Positions 13,431 to 25,700 of a DNA stretch of 64,000 bases are shown piece after piece. Made by a program: the position numbers and the translations under genes. The notes beneath the pieces were generated by a model. That model did no database searches. It had not been told where the DNA came from and saw nothing but the letters and a program-made list of their open reading frames with translations. The DNA comes from Ginglymostoma cirratum (lineage: Eukaryota): assembly GCA_024137785.1 (NCBI GenBank), contig JAHRHZ010000062.1, positions 27,142,244 through 27,206,243 of the forward strand, read 5' to 3'. Position 1 is the first letter of the stretch, and each line of letters begins with the position of its first letter.

Positions 13431-13698
13431 AAGAAGCAAAAATGGGCTACTAACCCTGTACTTCCTTATAGTGTCTGTTTTTAGTTTGCATTAGGCTGGC
13501 CTGATGTACTGACACAGTGCTACTGCAGTGGCTGCAATGTATCTCATGAAAGGCTGCTGACTTTTAAAGGGGGAGACAACAGATAGCCTTTGGAGTTGTT
13601 CTCAAGCTGCTCTGAGCCTAAAAATCCTGCTTTCATACAACACTACGTTGACATGAGCATAAGCAATCTCAGCTGGTCGACTGACTGGCAACAGTTTT

Positions 13699-14082
13699 GG
13701 GGAGAGTGGTGTAGTGGTAATGTCATTAGACTAGTAATGCAGAATCCCAGACTAATGGTCTGGAGACATGGGTTTGAATCCCACCACTGCAGAGTTATTT
13801 TAACAATAAACAAATAAACAATAAACAAGAAGTCTGGAATTGAATGCTAGCCTGTTGGTAACCATGTAACCATTGTCAGTTGTCATTAAAAAATCTCATC
13901 TAGTTCACTAATGTCCTTTCCTGTCCTATTGTGCTTGCCTGTTCTGGACTCCAAACATGCAGCAATGTAGTTGACTATTCACTGCCCTGTATAATCTGCC
14001 ATCAGATCAAGGGACAATTAGAATGGGCAATAAATTCTGGGAAAGCCAGCAATGTCCACACCCTATTAAAGATTAAAAAAAA
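13699..14082 (+). mobile_element. tRNA-derived SINE with a tail from the 6678-7102 LINE family (possibly SacSINE1-like)
   Basis: A-box-like tggtgtagtggtaa and B-box ggtttgaatccc; tail gggacaattagaatgggcaataaattctgg...aaaaaaa; second copy at 23812-24186. Confidence 0.7.
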
Positions 14083-15247
14083 CATAACTAGGACACTGGC
14101 TTGGTGGGACCAGAAATTCCATCCTGAGAGAGTGCAGTGTGGTGTGCTCAATGGTGCTTTAGCCATTGCCATGAGTTGGTACCTGGTCATTTCTAGTAAT
14201 CTGTTAAAGTACAGATTGCTGGATTACCATAACACCCTCTATACCCTGTTGACTTCCACAGGAATAATGGCAGCAGCCTGGGTCTGCAAAGCAGCAAGCT
14301 TGAACCTCAGGACCTCCATCTGAGCTTCCACTGAGACACCGGGTGATTTCCACCTGTATTGAGATAGGAACGGTGACATCTGCCGCCATACGCTGCAACA
14401 CAGCTGAACCCATAAGTACTGCCATACAGTCAGCCCCCATTACTACACTGGAAAAGGTGAGCTTCAAACTCTGAGCAGAATACTGGATCCAGACTCCTCC
14501 AAGCATCTTTCATTGACAAGACAAGTGTTTGTTAGGCCCAGAATTGCTTCAAGTTGATTGCGTTTGTTCTTCCGTTCTTTTGAAAGCTGCCCAAATAAAG
14601 TTTTCATCTGAATTCCTTGCAGTAAACTCATTGATGACTTCTCCCTCTGGGGAGCCTTTCTTTCTGGTAGGCCTGCAGTCTACTTGGCCCAGCATATGGT
14701 GCAGGACCCAGAATCAGGTCCAAGCAGTGGGCTGTTGAGGGGGTCATCTCTGCTGACTGTCTGTCCCTGTTCTGCGATTATGTTCGTGCCTGGGTACCCT
14801 TGGAAAGAGAACACACGATGTCTATCAATGCTCTCAATGTCTTTAGAGGCAGGTGGGCACCACAGGGTTATACAGTGTTTTACTTCCGCCTCCACCCCCA
14901 TTTTGATTTGGTCCCTTCCTGCTCTCCCTAAACACTCTCTCACCTTTAATGGTTTGCAGTCCCCATAATGGGCTTTGCTTGTAAATATTGAATTAGCAAC
15001 ATGACTGTTTTTACTGAAGGTGGTTATTAGTTGAAAAAAAGATGGAAAAAGATAAGTCGCAGTGGTTTTGGTAGTGGGAAGGTTGCTCAGTTGTGCGTAA
15101 TAGCAATTCTGGCTATAATGAAAAAGAAAGAGGGGAAAAAGATAAAACAGACTTACGGGTCTAGTGAACATTCTTCAGAATAGAATATGAAATGTTGATA
15201 TGCTGCCCATACAACAATAAGCTGGTGACTATCAGGATATCAGTCAA

Positions 15248-15360
15248 AGTAGTTGATGAACAAAAACAAAGTTGCTGGAAAAGCTCAGCAGGTCTGGCAG
15301 CATCTGTGGAGGAAAAAACAGAGTTAACGTTTCGGGTCCGGTGACCCAGTAGTTGATGAA
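15248..15360 (-). mobile_element. Short PLE terminal-repeat insertion
   Basis: 87-bp insert between 13-bp direct repeats AGTAGTTGATGAA (15248-15260, 15348-15360). On the minus strand it starts GGGTCACCGGACCCGAAACGTTAAC. Confidence 0.85.
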
Positions 15361-16659
15361 TGCTGATGACAGTTTGTCATGTCTATTATTGCTTGCATTC
15401 CCCAAAGGCAGATGTGTTGCTGCCAACAGCCATTTCTCTGACTGATCTCTAGGTTCTTGTCTATTCCTCTGCCACCCTCATGTGCAACTCCTCTCCTGTG
15501 CACTGCTGTTTCTTAAGCACATATAGAACATTTCCAGAAAAGGATAAAGCAGATCCAGGGATGGGTCTGCAGAATATCCTATGCTGAGACAAGCCTGCGA
15601 ACGCCATGAGTAGTGGCTCTATTTTGGTGTTAACAATAAATGATGTTCCTTTTCAGTCAGGCTTCCGGACTGTAGAATTGAAAACTGCTGGAAGACTCTT
15701 TGGATATTTGAAAATATTGACCTAGAATTTCTTCCATGGTTGTAACCCAGAAATTACTCTCAGTAATTTTGCCCATTTTGTCAATAGCAAGTTATGCTCA
15801 AAGTATTTGCCAACTGCATTAGAATGCACCTGAATGTAAAAATTGACATAGATCAACATAGGTAATAAAATAGGTAATAAAGTCCCAAGGAAAGCATCAA
15901 GCTTGCAACTTCTTTAAGTGTGAAAGTTAAACTTTCGACACATGCACCCATCATTCGTCCACATTAGACACACATGTTTACTTACCTGCAATGGCAAAAG
16001 AATTTCAATTTTTAAAATGATCTTGATCTCAGCCATAAATATGCATGAAGAGAACCAGAAAACACGCATATCTCAGTCAAAATATTTTAAAATTCCAAAT
16101 TGTAATAGAACACTAGACAAGTTACTTTACTTCCTGCATTGCCTGAAAATCTGATCATAATTTGATGAAAGGCTCTGAGCAAATGCAGGAAATCCATATC
16201 TAAGTCTGTGTAAGTTAGCGGAGTGGCCAGTTTTATGGGTGGGGATGTGTACCAGCAGAAGGATTGATGGATAGCTGCAAAAGATAGAGAAGGATTGGAC
16301 ATATTACAGCCACAAATACTTGCACTCAATATGTTCCAATTGTTTCAGCAATGTGGTTGGTTTGCAACAGGTTGTACATGTCTCTGGATGAGGTCATGCA
16401 TTGTGATGACTAGCTGGTTTTGAAAGTATTCTTGAAGACTAAGACCAGACTTCAAATTTTTAGGTTTATTGAGGAAGTGATTATAACTGCTTTATTATCA
16501 ATGACCAAATTCAACTCTTTTTCATAAGTAAGGTCCAATGCTTCTAAGTTTGTCACTGATACTTCCAGCTTTGGGTTTGACTTTGATTGCTTTCAGCAAA
16601 CGGCGGTACTAATCACTTAGTCCTCGTCACTGTCTTACATTACCATGACAATTGTTTAT

Positions 16660-17130
16660 TTGGAACATGGAAACAGAAGTAGTCCACTCACCTCTTTAAG
16701 CCTGTACCACAGTTAAGGTGGATCATGTCTGGTCTTGTATCTCACCTCCATTTACCTTAGCTCCATTTTGCCTGATGCCCTTAAGTAAACAAAAATCTAT
16801 CACTTTCAGTCTCAAAGTCTCTAACTTCCCCAATTTCTATTTGGTTGAAGCAATCCCAAATTTTCACCACCTGTTGTGTGCTAAAAGTGCTTCATGACTT
16901 CCTTTGCAACTGAACCAGTTATAATTTAAAATCAATCCTCTCATTTGAATTCACCCAACGTAAGAAATAAATTCTGTGTCTGCCCTACTGAATCCTTTCA
17001 AACAGTTGAAACACTCAATTATATTGCTCCGTTATCTTCAAACCTAAAAGACATGCAAGTGAAAATTGTGCCATCTCCTCTTATTTTAGCCTTCTAACAT
17101 CTAGTATCATTCTGAGGGTTTTATAGTGTA
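16660..17130 (-). mobile_element. Old CR1 LINE 3' relic
   Basis: Starts gaacatggaaacagaagtagtccact...agcctgtaccac, the decayed counterpart of the CR1 3' end at 38140-38290. Confidence 0.55.
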
Positions 17131-20100
17131 TATTGCTTTAGTCCTTGGGGAAAGGCAACCATCTCCAGTTACATATAAACCACTTTTCTGTGTGAGCCTT
17201 CTTCCCTGCTAAACTTTTGTGAATAAACTTCAGGATCACAAAATATATAAATGTAACCCTTTGTCTAACTCAGAACTTTCAGATGTTTTCCTATTCTGAC
17301 CCCATTTCAAAGCTTCAAAATTATTGCCACTTCTCAGTGAGTAGTCTAGCATGTGGGGGCAAAGGAAAGGAGTGGTGGGAGATATGTTCAATCATTGCCG
17401 CCCTAGGGCTCGTGATCCCAAAATTTCAACTCATGACCATATTTCAGGACTCAACTCCCATTGTGTGAAGGTCTGCTCTGAATACTTTTTGTGGAAGAAG
17501 GGTTCAAGAAATCAAAAAAAAACTTTTAAAAATTTGATGGATTTTATGGGAAAGCAATCTTCCTGGTTAACATCTATCTGCCTTATGCAAATCCATTGGA
17601 AACTAATCTACTGAGCATCTTTGCTGTCTAAAACCAAAGTAAGTGAATTGTTACTACACATAAGATGACTGTATCATTCTGGGTATGTGAACATACGGTG
17701 CATAATGCAAATACAAAGGGTTTATTTCCCATTTTTATCAATGGAAACATTTATCTTTGTCAAAGTGATTCTGACCAGTGGAGTATGGCAGCGGGCAATT
17801 TCATACTTGATCAGTGTTATTTTATTACTGTGGATTGGGTGCCCACAACTTTTGTAGAATCCCATTTGAGAATAGATCTGGAGATTTTCTGTTGGAACTC
17901 TCTACAATTGAAACAGTAAAATTCAAGCATTTTTAATATATCTTTCAAAAGTTGGCAACCCTCCTCCCTGGCTCATGGACCTGAAAGAAAGCAACTAGTC
18001 AGCAAATACCATACCCAATTCCCAGGTATTGGGACTTATTAAAATTTGCAATGTTATTGGTATGATGTATGAAGTATTATTTCTCATTACTCAGGGAGCT
18101 TTGTCTAGTGTTTAACACTGGAGTTCTTGAGAGGTGGGCAAATAACCTCCAAGTTCAAATCAAATTAGAATGATTAAAACCATAATTGTTTTCCCTACTA
18201 TAACAAAAGGCAAATGAGCTCAATTTCCAGTTTCCATCTCAATATTGAAAGACAAATTCCACCAGGACATACTTAAGAAAAACTCATTTCTCCTAAAGAG
18301 CCCAACTTCAAATGCCTGTATTTGTGTTCTATCCATGTCTTTATATCTCCTGTCCTAACACTGACATCTTAAGCTGTTCCTGAAAGATCATATCATTATT
18401 GCACTCAAAATAAGGGCACCCTTGTGGAAGTGATTTATGCTAAAAAGTTCTTGTTATCATTGAGGATGAAATATATCATGTAAAGTTATATGGCAGTCTT
18501 TATGAAAACCATCTGGTGTAAGTATAGGGCAGACAGAATTGAGCTACAGTCAACTCCACTGAAATGAATACCTGGTAAGTAAATATTTCTTTTAAGTCAA
18601 TAGAAACTGAAAATCACAAACTGTTTCTGGCTACATCCTTTGTACTTAATCTTGTTCACGTTAACTGAAGAGTCTACTTAATGTTACCTGTTTTGTTATT
18701 TCAACCATTTAGCAAACTGCAGAAACTTACATTAAATGCTTCTCATTATGAAAAATGTAGGAAAGTGCATGACAGAAAATTCTTTGCCATGTTTCACTGT
18801 GAGCTGTAGGCTTCTTTTTAATTGCAACTTGAAAGGGACTCCAGAATAGTACAGTTTATAAAGTGTGGTTAAGCATTGTGTGACTCTAAATTTGACGAAC
18901 ATTCCAGTGTCAAATCCACTCTACCATTACATATGATGGATTTACAATGTACATCTTGTCTATTTATAGGCAAAGTGCACAGTTGCTATTGGTGATCTGG
19001 GCACCACCTAAATGAAAACCTACAGGTGACTATTAGTTGTATTCATTAAGTGGAATAATGATGGATATTTGGCGTCACTGAAATCAGAATTCCCTGAGGT
19101 GCAGGTGCTCCACAAAGTACTGACACATGTCAAATAGTGCAGGCACTTCACCCATGCATATGAACCACATTTGCATATTAAAGAGGCCTGAAATTATTTA
19201 ACTGAACTAAAGTCTTTTCAGAGATGATGGAGGTTATTAAAACTGTTGACAAGAAAAGGGTAATTGCCTGAAAATGAGAGATCAGATTCTGTTGTACAGA
19301 GAGAATTTTGTTTTCCTTGTATTGTGCTAAGCTGGCTGAGTCTAGCCTATTGCATTCAGATTGCTCCCTTGCAATTAGCCCTTTTTGTCTTGCATTCAAT
19401 TAGACTATGATTATGAGGGATTTGAAAACACTTGATGTATGTTCTATTCTCTATTGTGAAGTAACTTCATCATAGATGAGCAAATGTTGATTTTGTTTTC
19501 TCCCCCCACCGTGTTCTTTGAAAGTTTGAGAAGATTAATGTAATTATTATTACAGTTTTTGTTAAAGCGTGGTTCACCATTTGATACTTACACAGGCTTG
19601 TCATTCTTCACAGAGGCTTTCCAGCTACTCAACTAATTATTTAAAATGGGGAGGGCTTTAAAAAAGTCACTTGCATTTAGTTTGAAACCTTCCATACTCC
19701 ATTTTCAAATTGTCTTTTTTTTACAAGCATTTGTATTTTGAGCAGTGGGCAAAGTAGCAATAAGTTAGCAGGACACGAAAACAGCCAAGGGGTTCAGATG
19801 ACATTGTAAAGAGCAAAGGCAAGCTCAAGTGATTTGTATAAGTTACCTCAACCAAGAGATTGTGTTACACTCTTTAACTCTCTCTTATTTCATAGATTCT
19901 TTTTGAGTATTACTATTTGCCTATTCAAACTGTTTGGAAATTAACAGCAATTTACTGATGGGCTGATTGAAAAATACTTTCGGAAGCGATGTGTGAGTGT
20001 GGATTACATATGTCATAAGCAAATCTAGCAGTCTTATGATAATGGAAGGGTATTGATGGCTTGAATGTTTTGCAATGAAATACTGGACTTTTTATTGTGT

Positions 20101-22004
20101 AACAGCTATTATTGTTCTTTATCAATAAGATTTCTATTAATTTTCTGTGTCGTGAACTAAGATGACATCACACAATGCATCTTTAGAAGTATGTATGGTG
20201 CTCCAGATTCCTTTTTCCAGAAATATTGTTTCTTGTCAGTAGAGACTTAGAGTTGGGTCTAAACAGGAGGCATATGTTCTTATACTCACCATGCATTTTA
20301 AAATGTTTTGACAAAGGCAATAAATCACAATCCAAGTGAACTCCAAAGATATAAATTAAGCTTTATTTTCCAATACAACAGTCAAACCAAGTGTACAAAA
20401 GATCAAAAACTAATATACATTTACACTACCAAAGATTCAGATCCATGTAGAATTTACTTCCACAGACTTGAAGAAGCTTTCCATACTGTGTGCATGTATA
20501 ACTGCAATGTAGAACAACTGAAAACTTTTGGGACATTTAGTCAAGAACATTAGCCATTTAGGAAAAGAAGAAGTGAACTCATTATATTATCTTTAAAACA
20601 TTATATTTCAAGAGTATGCATTTATATTTTATAGGTGTTATGCTTTCAGAAAAATGCGTTGATTGAGGATTCTTAGGATGACTGTTTAGAATTGGGAATG
20701 ATACACGTTTAAGAATTAAAGCACTTCGATTATTCTGGATCTCGGGAATTAAGTTGGTTTGGTTTAAACTTGCATGTATTCAGGTTAATTTTGCTGATAA
20801 GTTCACGACAAAAATAGGAATCAAAGTTTTCTTAATTACCCAATTGGCAAGTTTGTAGCCCAATGTACTAGACCAAACCAATCCCAGGTTCAATCTTCAG
20901 TCTATACAAAACTAATTGCAGCTGAGCCAACAGTAGAAATTGCAGTACTTGAGCTAGAATTTTGCAGAGGCAGCAGAAGTTCGACTACAAGAGCCATAAT
21001 TGGGGGAGGGGAATGGGAGTGACTCCACTTCAGTCTTTGACAGGGTCTGGAGTCCCAATTTACTAATGAAGTATCTACTGTCAGAGCTGTCAACCTAATA
21101 AGGGTGAAGACATGACCACAGGACAGTGCTCCCACTGGCTATGTCTATTCTGGGCTGTAGATGGAGAATGTGGGTACCTCATTGGCTGTGCATCCTCACA
21201 GCCAGGTAAGATTATCAGATCCCAACAAAGGGTGGAGGGGGAGGTTCACTGAGGGTGTATGAAGTTAGAAAACCTGTATTGGCTCACAGTTGATGAATAT
21301 TTGTCAGGGTGAGGTACTAGAGGCAATGCTCCCTTCAAAGCGTTGTCCAACTTGAATTAGCACTTAGAGTAAATAGTAATCACTACAAATTGCTTTGGTG
21401 TGTCGCAATACTTCTAAAGTTTAGTTCAGATTAGTGATTTGACATTTTGGATTCAGCTCATTTAGATTCTATTAGATCTACAATCTGACTGTAAAGTAGA
21501 TTTATTTCAAGTTCATGTTAGCTTAGCCCTGATATGACTTGTTAATCTGTTCATATTTATTGCAGTCAAGTTCTGGTGAATCGTATAAATAGGCAGAGAA
21601 AAATAAATGCATATAATGAGTACATTCTGTCAGATTATTGGAAGCTGCTTAAAGAAACTAGGCTAAAATGCTGTGATGCAGTTGAGAGCTGGACATTGCT
21701 ACATAATGTTTATTGGAATGAGAAAAAGCTAGCTTGATGGGAATTAGTTTCCCCTAGAAGGACACATGGAATTATTAAACAAGTTAAGCATCAAACAGAA
21801 CTTGGATGCTTTACTACTTATTAAAATTTAGGTTCACTGGAAAAGAATTGCTTCTAAAATGATTTGACATAGCTGCATCTGGAAGGTTAAACAAAGCCCT
21901 TTTTTTATTTTGTTTATACAAGTATGATTTTTATTCATTCAGCTGACAGTGACTGTACTCAATTCTGTCTGGTTCATTTGATGGCTACCATTTAAATCAT
22001 AATT

Positions 22005-22520
22005 TCAATTTTTTTTGCTCCATTTTCTGTCTCAAATTCTTTCCAAAATTCTCATATTTTTTGGTTCTCATTATTTTTGTCTCTTTCCCATAATCTCATT
22101 TTTTCTCTCTCTCTTTCTCAATTTTCTCACTTCCCATTATCTTTCCCTTTTCATTGTTTCACTGTCTCATCCTTTATTCTTCCCCATTTTCATTTTCTTA
22201 AGTGTTAACATACCTCTCTTACAATGATAAATTCTATCATTTTTCTCTTACTATTTTTTATGCTCTCTTTGCTGGTTTTCTTTTCCTCAATATTTCTCAA
22301 TTTCTTTCTCACTAATTCTCTCTAGCTCTTTTCTCACATTCTTATCCAGTTTCTTTCTCAAATTCTGTATCTTTAATTCTTTTTCTCATGTTTGATCGCT
22401 TCTCATTTCTCTCTAACATCCTTTAAGTTTCATCTATTTAGTTTCACATGTTCCTTGCTCTCTCTCATTCACTTTTTCTACTTCAATTAATCCCCTTATT
22501 TATTTCCCTGTTGTTGTCCT
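22005..22520 (+). repeat. Pyrimidine-rich (T/C) low-complexity tract
   Basis: About 500 bp with very few G on the + strand and recurrent ttttctc/tctcaatt words. Confidence 0.8.
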
Positions 22521-23811
22521 TCTGCTGTGTCAGTAAGAGGTCAACTTCGACCTCACAAATACTGAATGCCTTTCCTGATTGTAACACAAAGAGACGTTTT
22601 TTTCATCACAGACTTTTATTTTAAAGATAGTTATTATGTGGATTATAAGGCAGAATATCGCTGAAGGGGAGAAGGATAAAAGTTCAGAATTCATTATTCC
22701 TTTGCAGTATCCTCAAAACCCTGTCATCATTTTGGAATGCGCAAAATTTGTTCCACACTTTAAAGTACCAAATATGTATTGCAGCTTGCTTGGTTGCAAT
22801 GCCTTTCAGCCAGCTGAAGTACTGTTTGGAAATATGATCATGAATAATTATACTTGGAAGATTGCTTAATTAACAGTATTCTAATAATAAACTGAAGATT
22901 GCTGACCTTGTCTTTGGATAGAATGGAAATGCTGCTGTATTATCTTACCGACCTACGCAGGTCTTTACTAAGACAGATTAAGAAACCAAAAGTCCCTCCT
23001 TACTCTCTTGTTTCTCTTAAAAAAGAAACATATCAGTTGTTTGTAAAATATCGAGCAGCTGCCCTACAGTTTTGTATGTCAAGGGCCTGTAGTCTATAAT
23101 ACACCTTCAGTCTGCTCTTGAGTTTATGAAACGTACAAAATCTCTGGCTAATTCAATAACAACAGGAACTTTAACAACCTTTTCAGCAGAATTGATTAGC
23201 CTATTCATAGTGAAAAGATAGGATTGAGATTTTTTTAGTTATCTTAAACTATATTTTTGCTGAAATATACTGAGCAACTTTTTGGTTTCATATTCCATGG
23301 AATTACTTTTTGTTTTGAAATTGCAATATCTTGTCTTAAAATATTATACAAGATTAGTTCTCATCAGTGCCTTTAATGTAATGCAATAAAATGAGAATAT
23401 TTTTCAATTAGGATTTGCATGCATTCTCTGAAGTGTCTTATTTAATTTCCAAGTTGTCTGTAGAAACCTATAAGATTGGCTGAGATGCCAGTGCTGCTGT
23501 AGGGCATGCACTCAAGGGCAGAGGGTGATTAATGTTTCAGTTTTATGCAACAGGACAAGGGATCAAATGCTAAAAGAATCTTTTGTAAATTTAATTAACA
23601 TGATAAAACATATACTATGTTATGTGACTTTTACCATTAAAGAAATAAATGAAGCACAATTACAACATGGCAATAACAAAGCATGAAAGAAAGATAAAAT
23701 TTAAGGGCAACAAATGGTGATTAATTTAAGTAAATTATTGTACTTTAGGTGCTCTGTAATGCTAATGTTTGGGCCTTTGGTGCTTAATAACCAATGTTAC
23801 TCTGCTTTAAG

Positions 23812-24186
23812 GGAGGAAGTGGAGTAGTGGCAGTATCAGTGGATTGGTAATCCTGAGTCCAACGCTAATGTGGGACAGGCTAATGAGGACGTGGGTTCAA
23901 ATCCACTGCAGCAGCTGGTGAAATTTGAATTTAGTAACAATCTGGAAAGATGAAATAGCCTCATGGAGACCATACATCCACTGCTAATTGTCCCAAAAAA
24001 TCATTTGGTTCACTAATGTTCTCTGGGGAAAGAAATCTGCCAACCTTACCCAGTATGACCACAGACCCATAGTACCTGACTTTTACCCGAACCCTGAAAT
24101 GGCCCAGCAAGCCACTCAGTTGAAGGGTAATAGCGGATGGACAACAAATGCTGGCCTTGCTCGTAACACATTAATGAAAAGAAATA
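23812..24186 (+). mobile_element. tRNA-derived SINE, same family as 13699-14082
   Basis: gtggagtagtggcagt...gtgggttcaaatcca...catttggttcactaatg...acaaatgctggccttgc. Confidence 0.7.
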
Positions 24187-25199
24187 ATAGAACCAGACTT
24201 ATTTAGCCCTTGTGATTTTAATTTTAATCTATTTAAATAGAAAACAAAAGGTTTTATTTGGACAATTTTTAGTGCATTCCCTCTTTGACTAAAAGATGTC
24301 TTTCAAGGGCCATTGTCACATGGAATTTCTGGTTTACATGCCAAAAATTCTTGTATGTAACCAGAACTCAATTGACAAGGGCTTCAGAATAGCAGTAGCC
24401 ATTTACACAGTATGGAGTAGTTTGTTAATAACTTAGAGTAATTCTTTCTATAAGTATCAGCGTATTACTATTAGTTCTGATTATTTATTCCTCAAAGGTT
24501 ATTCAAAGCTTTTAATTTAGAAATTTTAAGTTTCTAATCACATATTCCTCATGATACTACTAATGTTCTTATATGTTGTATATAAGTTATTATATGCCCT
24601 ATAGTCAAACTCTAGTAAAATCTTGCCAATAGATACATATTGATTTTTTTTTTATAAGCAATGTGTTACTTTAAGCTACATGTCTGGATCTGTTCATTAA
24701 TTTTGCTTTACGTAAGTTGTACGCTTACATTTTATTAGGATTAAAGTTAGTGACATTTCCATTTTATTTCCTTTTTTTTCATTTTCAAGTTTTAAGAGTA
24801 AAATGAATCCTGCTATCTTAAGGAAATATTTAGACAATATGCGTGAAAATAGAGTAATAGACCATTTAGATAAAAACACAATCATAAAATTGTGAGAATT
24901 CATACAGGGAGTCCAAAGCACCAACTGAAACAATTAGTTTTAGTTCCCAGTGTATTTTTTTTTAAACAGTGTGACAGTAGCCGTGGCTAGAAATTCATCC
25001 AGCTCCTTTTGAGCAACTTTCATTTGTTCACACCTATTGCATAAGTCAGCACCTTGTTCCAATGGTCTGGAAAAGGCAAATCTATATCTAGTTTAATTCT
25101 GTGGTTATGGAATTTCCCCTGGTTCTCCATGACCTAACTCATTGACACTATCCACATGGGCTGACTTTGGACCCTTCCCTATCTTAAACACCTGAATCA

Positions 25200-25700
25200 A
25201 ATCTCCTTACAGCTATGCTATTGAAGTACAAAGACCCACTGTTTAAATTTATCATTGCACAAATCTTTCTATAAACTGTAACATTCGGGGCACAGGAGAT
25301 TTCCCCAGTGCCTTCAGTGACGTCGTCACCTAAGACCAATAGAACTACCCCAGTCCTTAAAGTTCCCACTAATAACTGATTTCCAGCCAAAGTGATTATC
25401 ACTTACAGCAATTTTTTTTGCCAAAAGAATTTAACAAACTTTATCCAAACCCAAGATTTGGCTGCCAGTCCTATATGATGCAATCTTTTAAAGTAGCCTA
25501 ATTAAGTCAATACCAATTTTTCAAGGTAAAATACTGCACATGCTGGAATATGAAATAACAACAGGTAACGATTTTTCTCATCACATTGAATCTAGACAGG
25601 GCGCTTTCTATTGCCTCATTAATTTTTGTAATAGAATTGAGGCCAAAATGCAAATGGTATTCTATGTATAGTCTTGCTAATATTTTAGATAGATTTCCCA
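25200..25700 (-). mobile_element. Highly decayed LINE RT relic
   Basis: The minus strand shows remnants of AVF.DL..K.ASYGL and a G.P.G..L.P-like segment, broken by many stops. Confidence 0.35.

Noticed and set aside
17283-17336. 54-nt exon-like segment (ctttcag|…CA|gtgagt)
   Set aside because: In the sox6 phase it contains a stop, it has no recognisable peptide, and such signals are common by chance.
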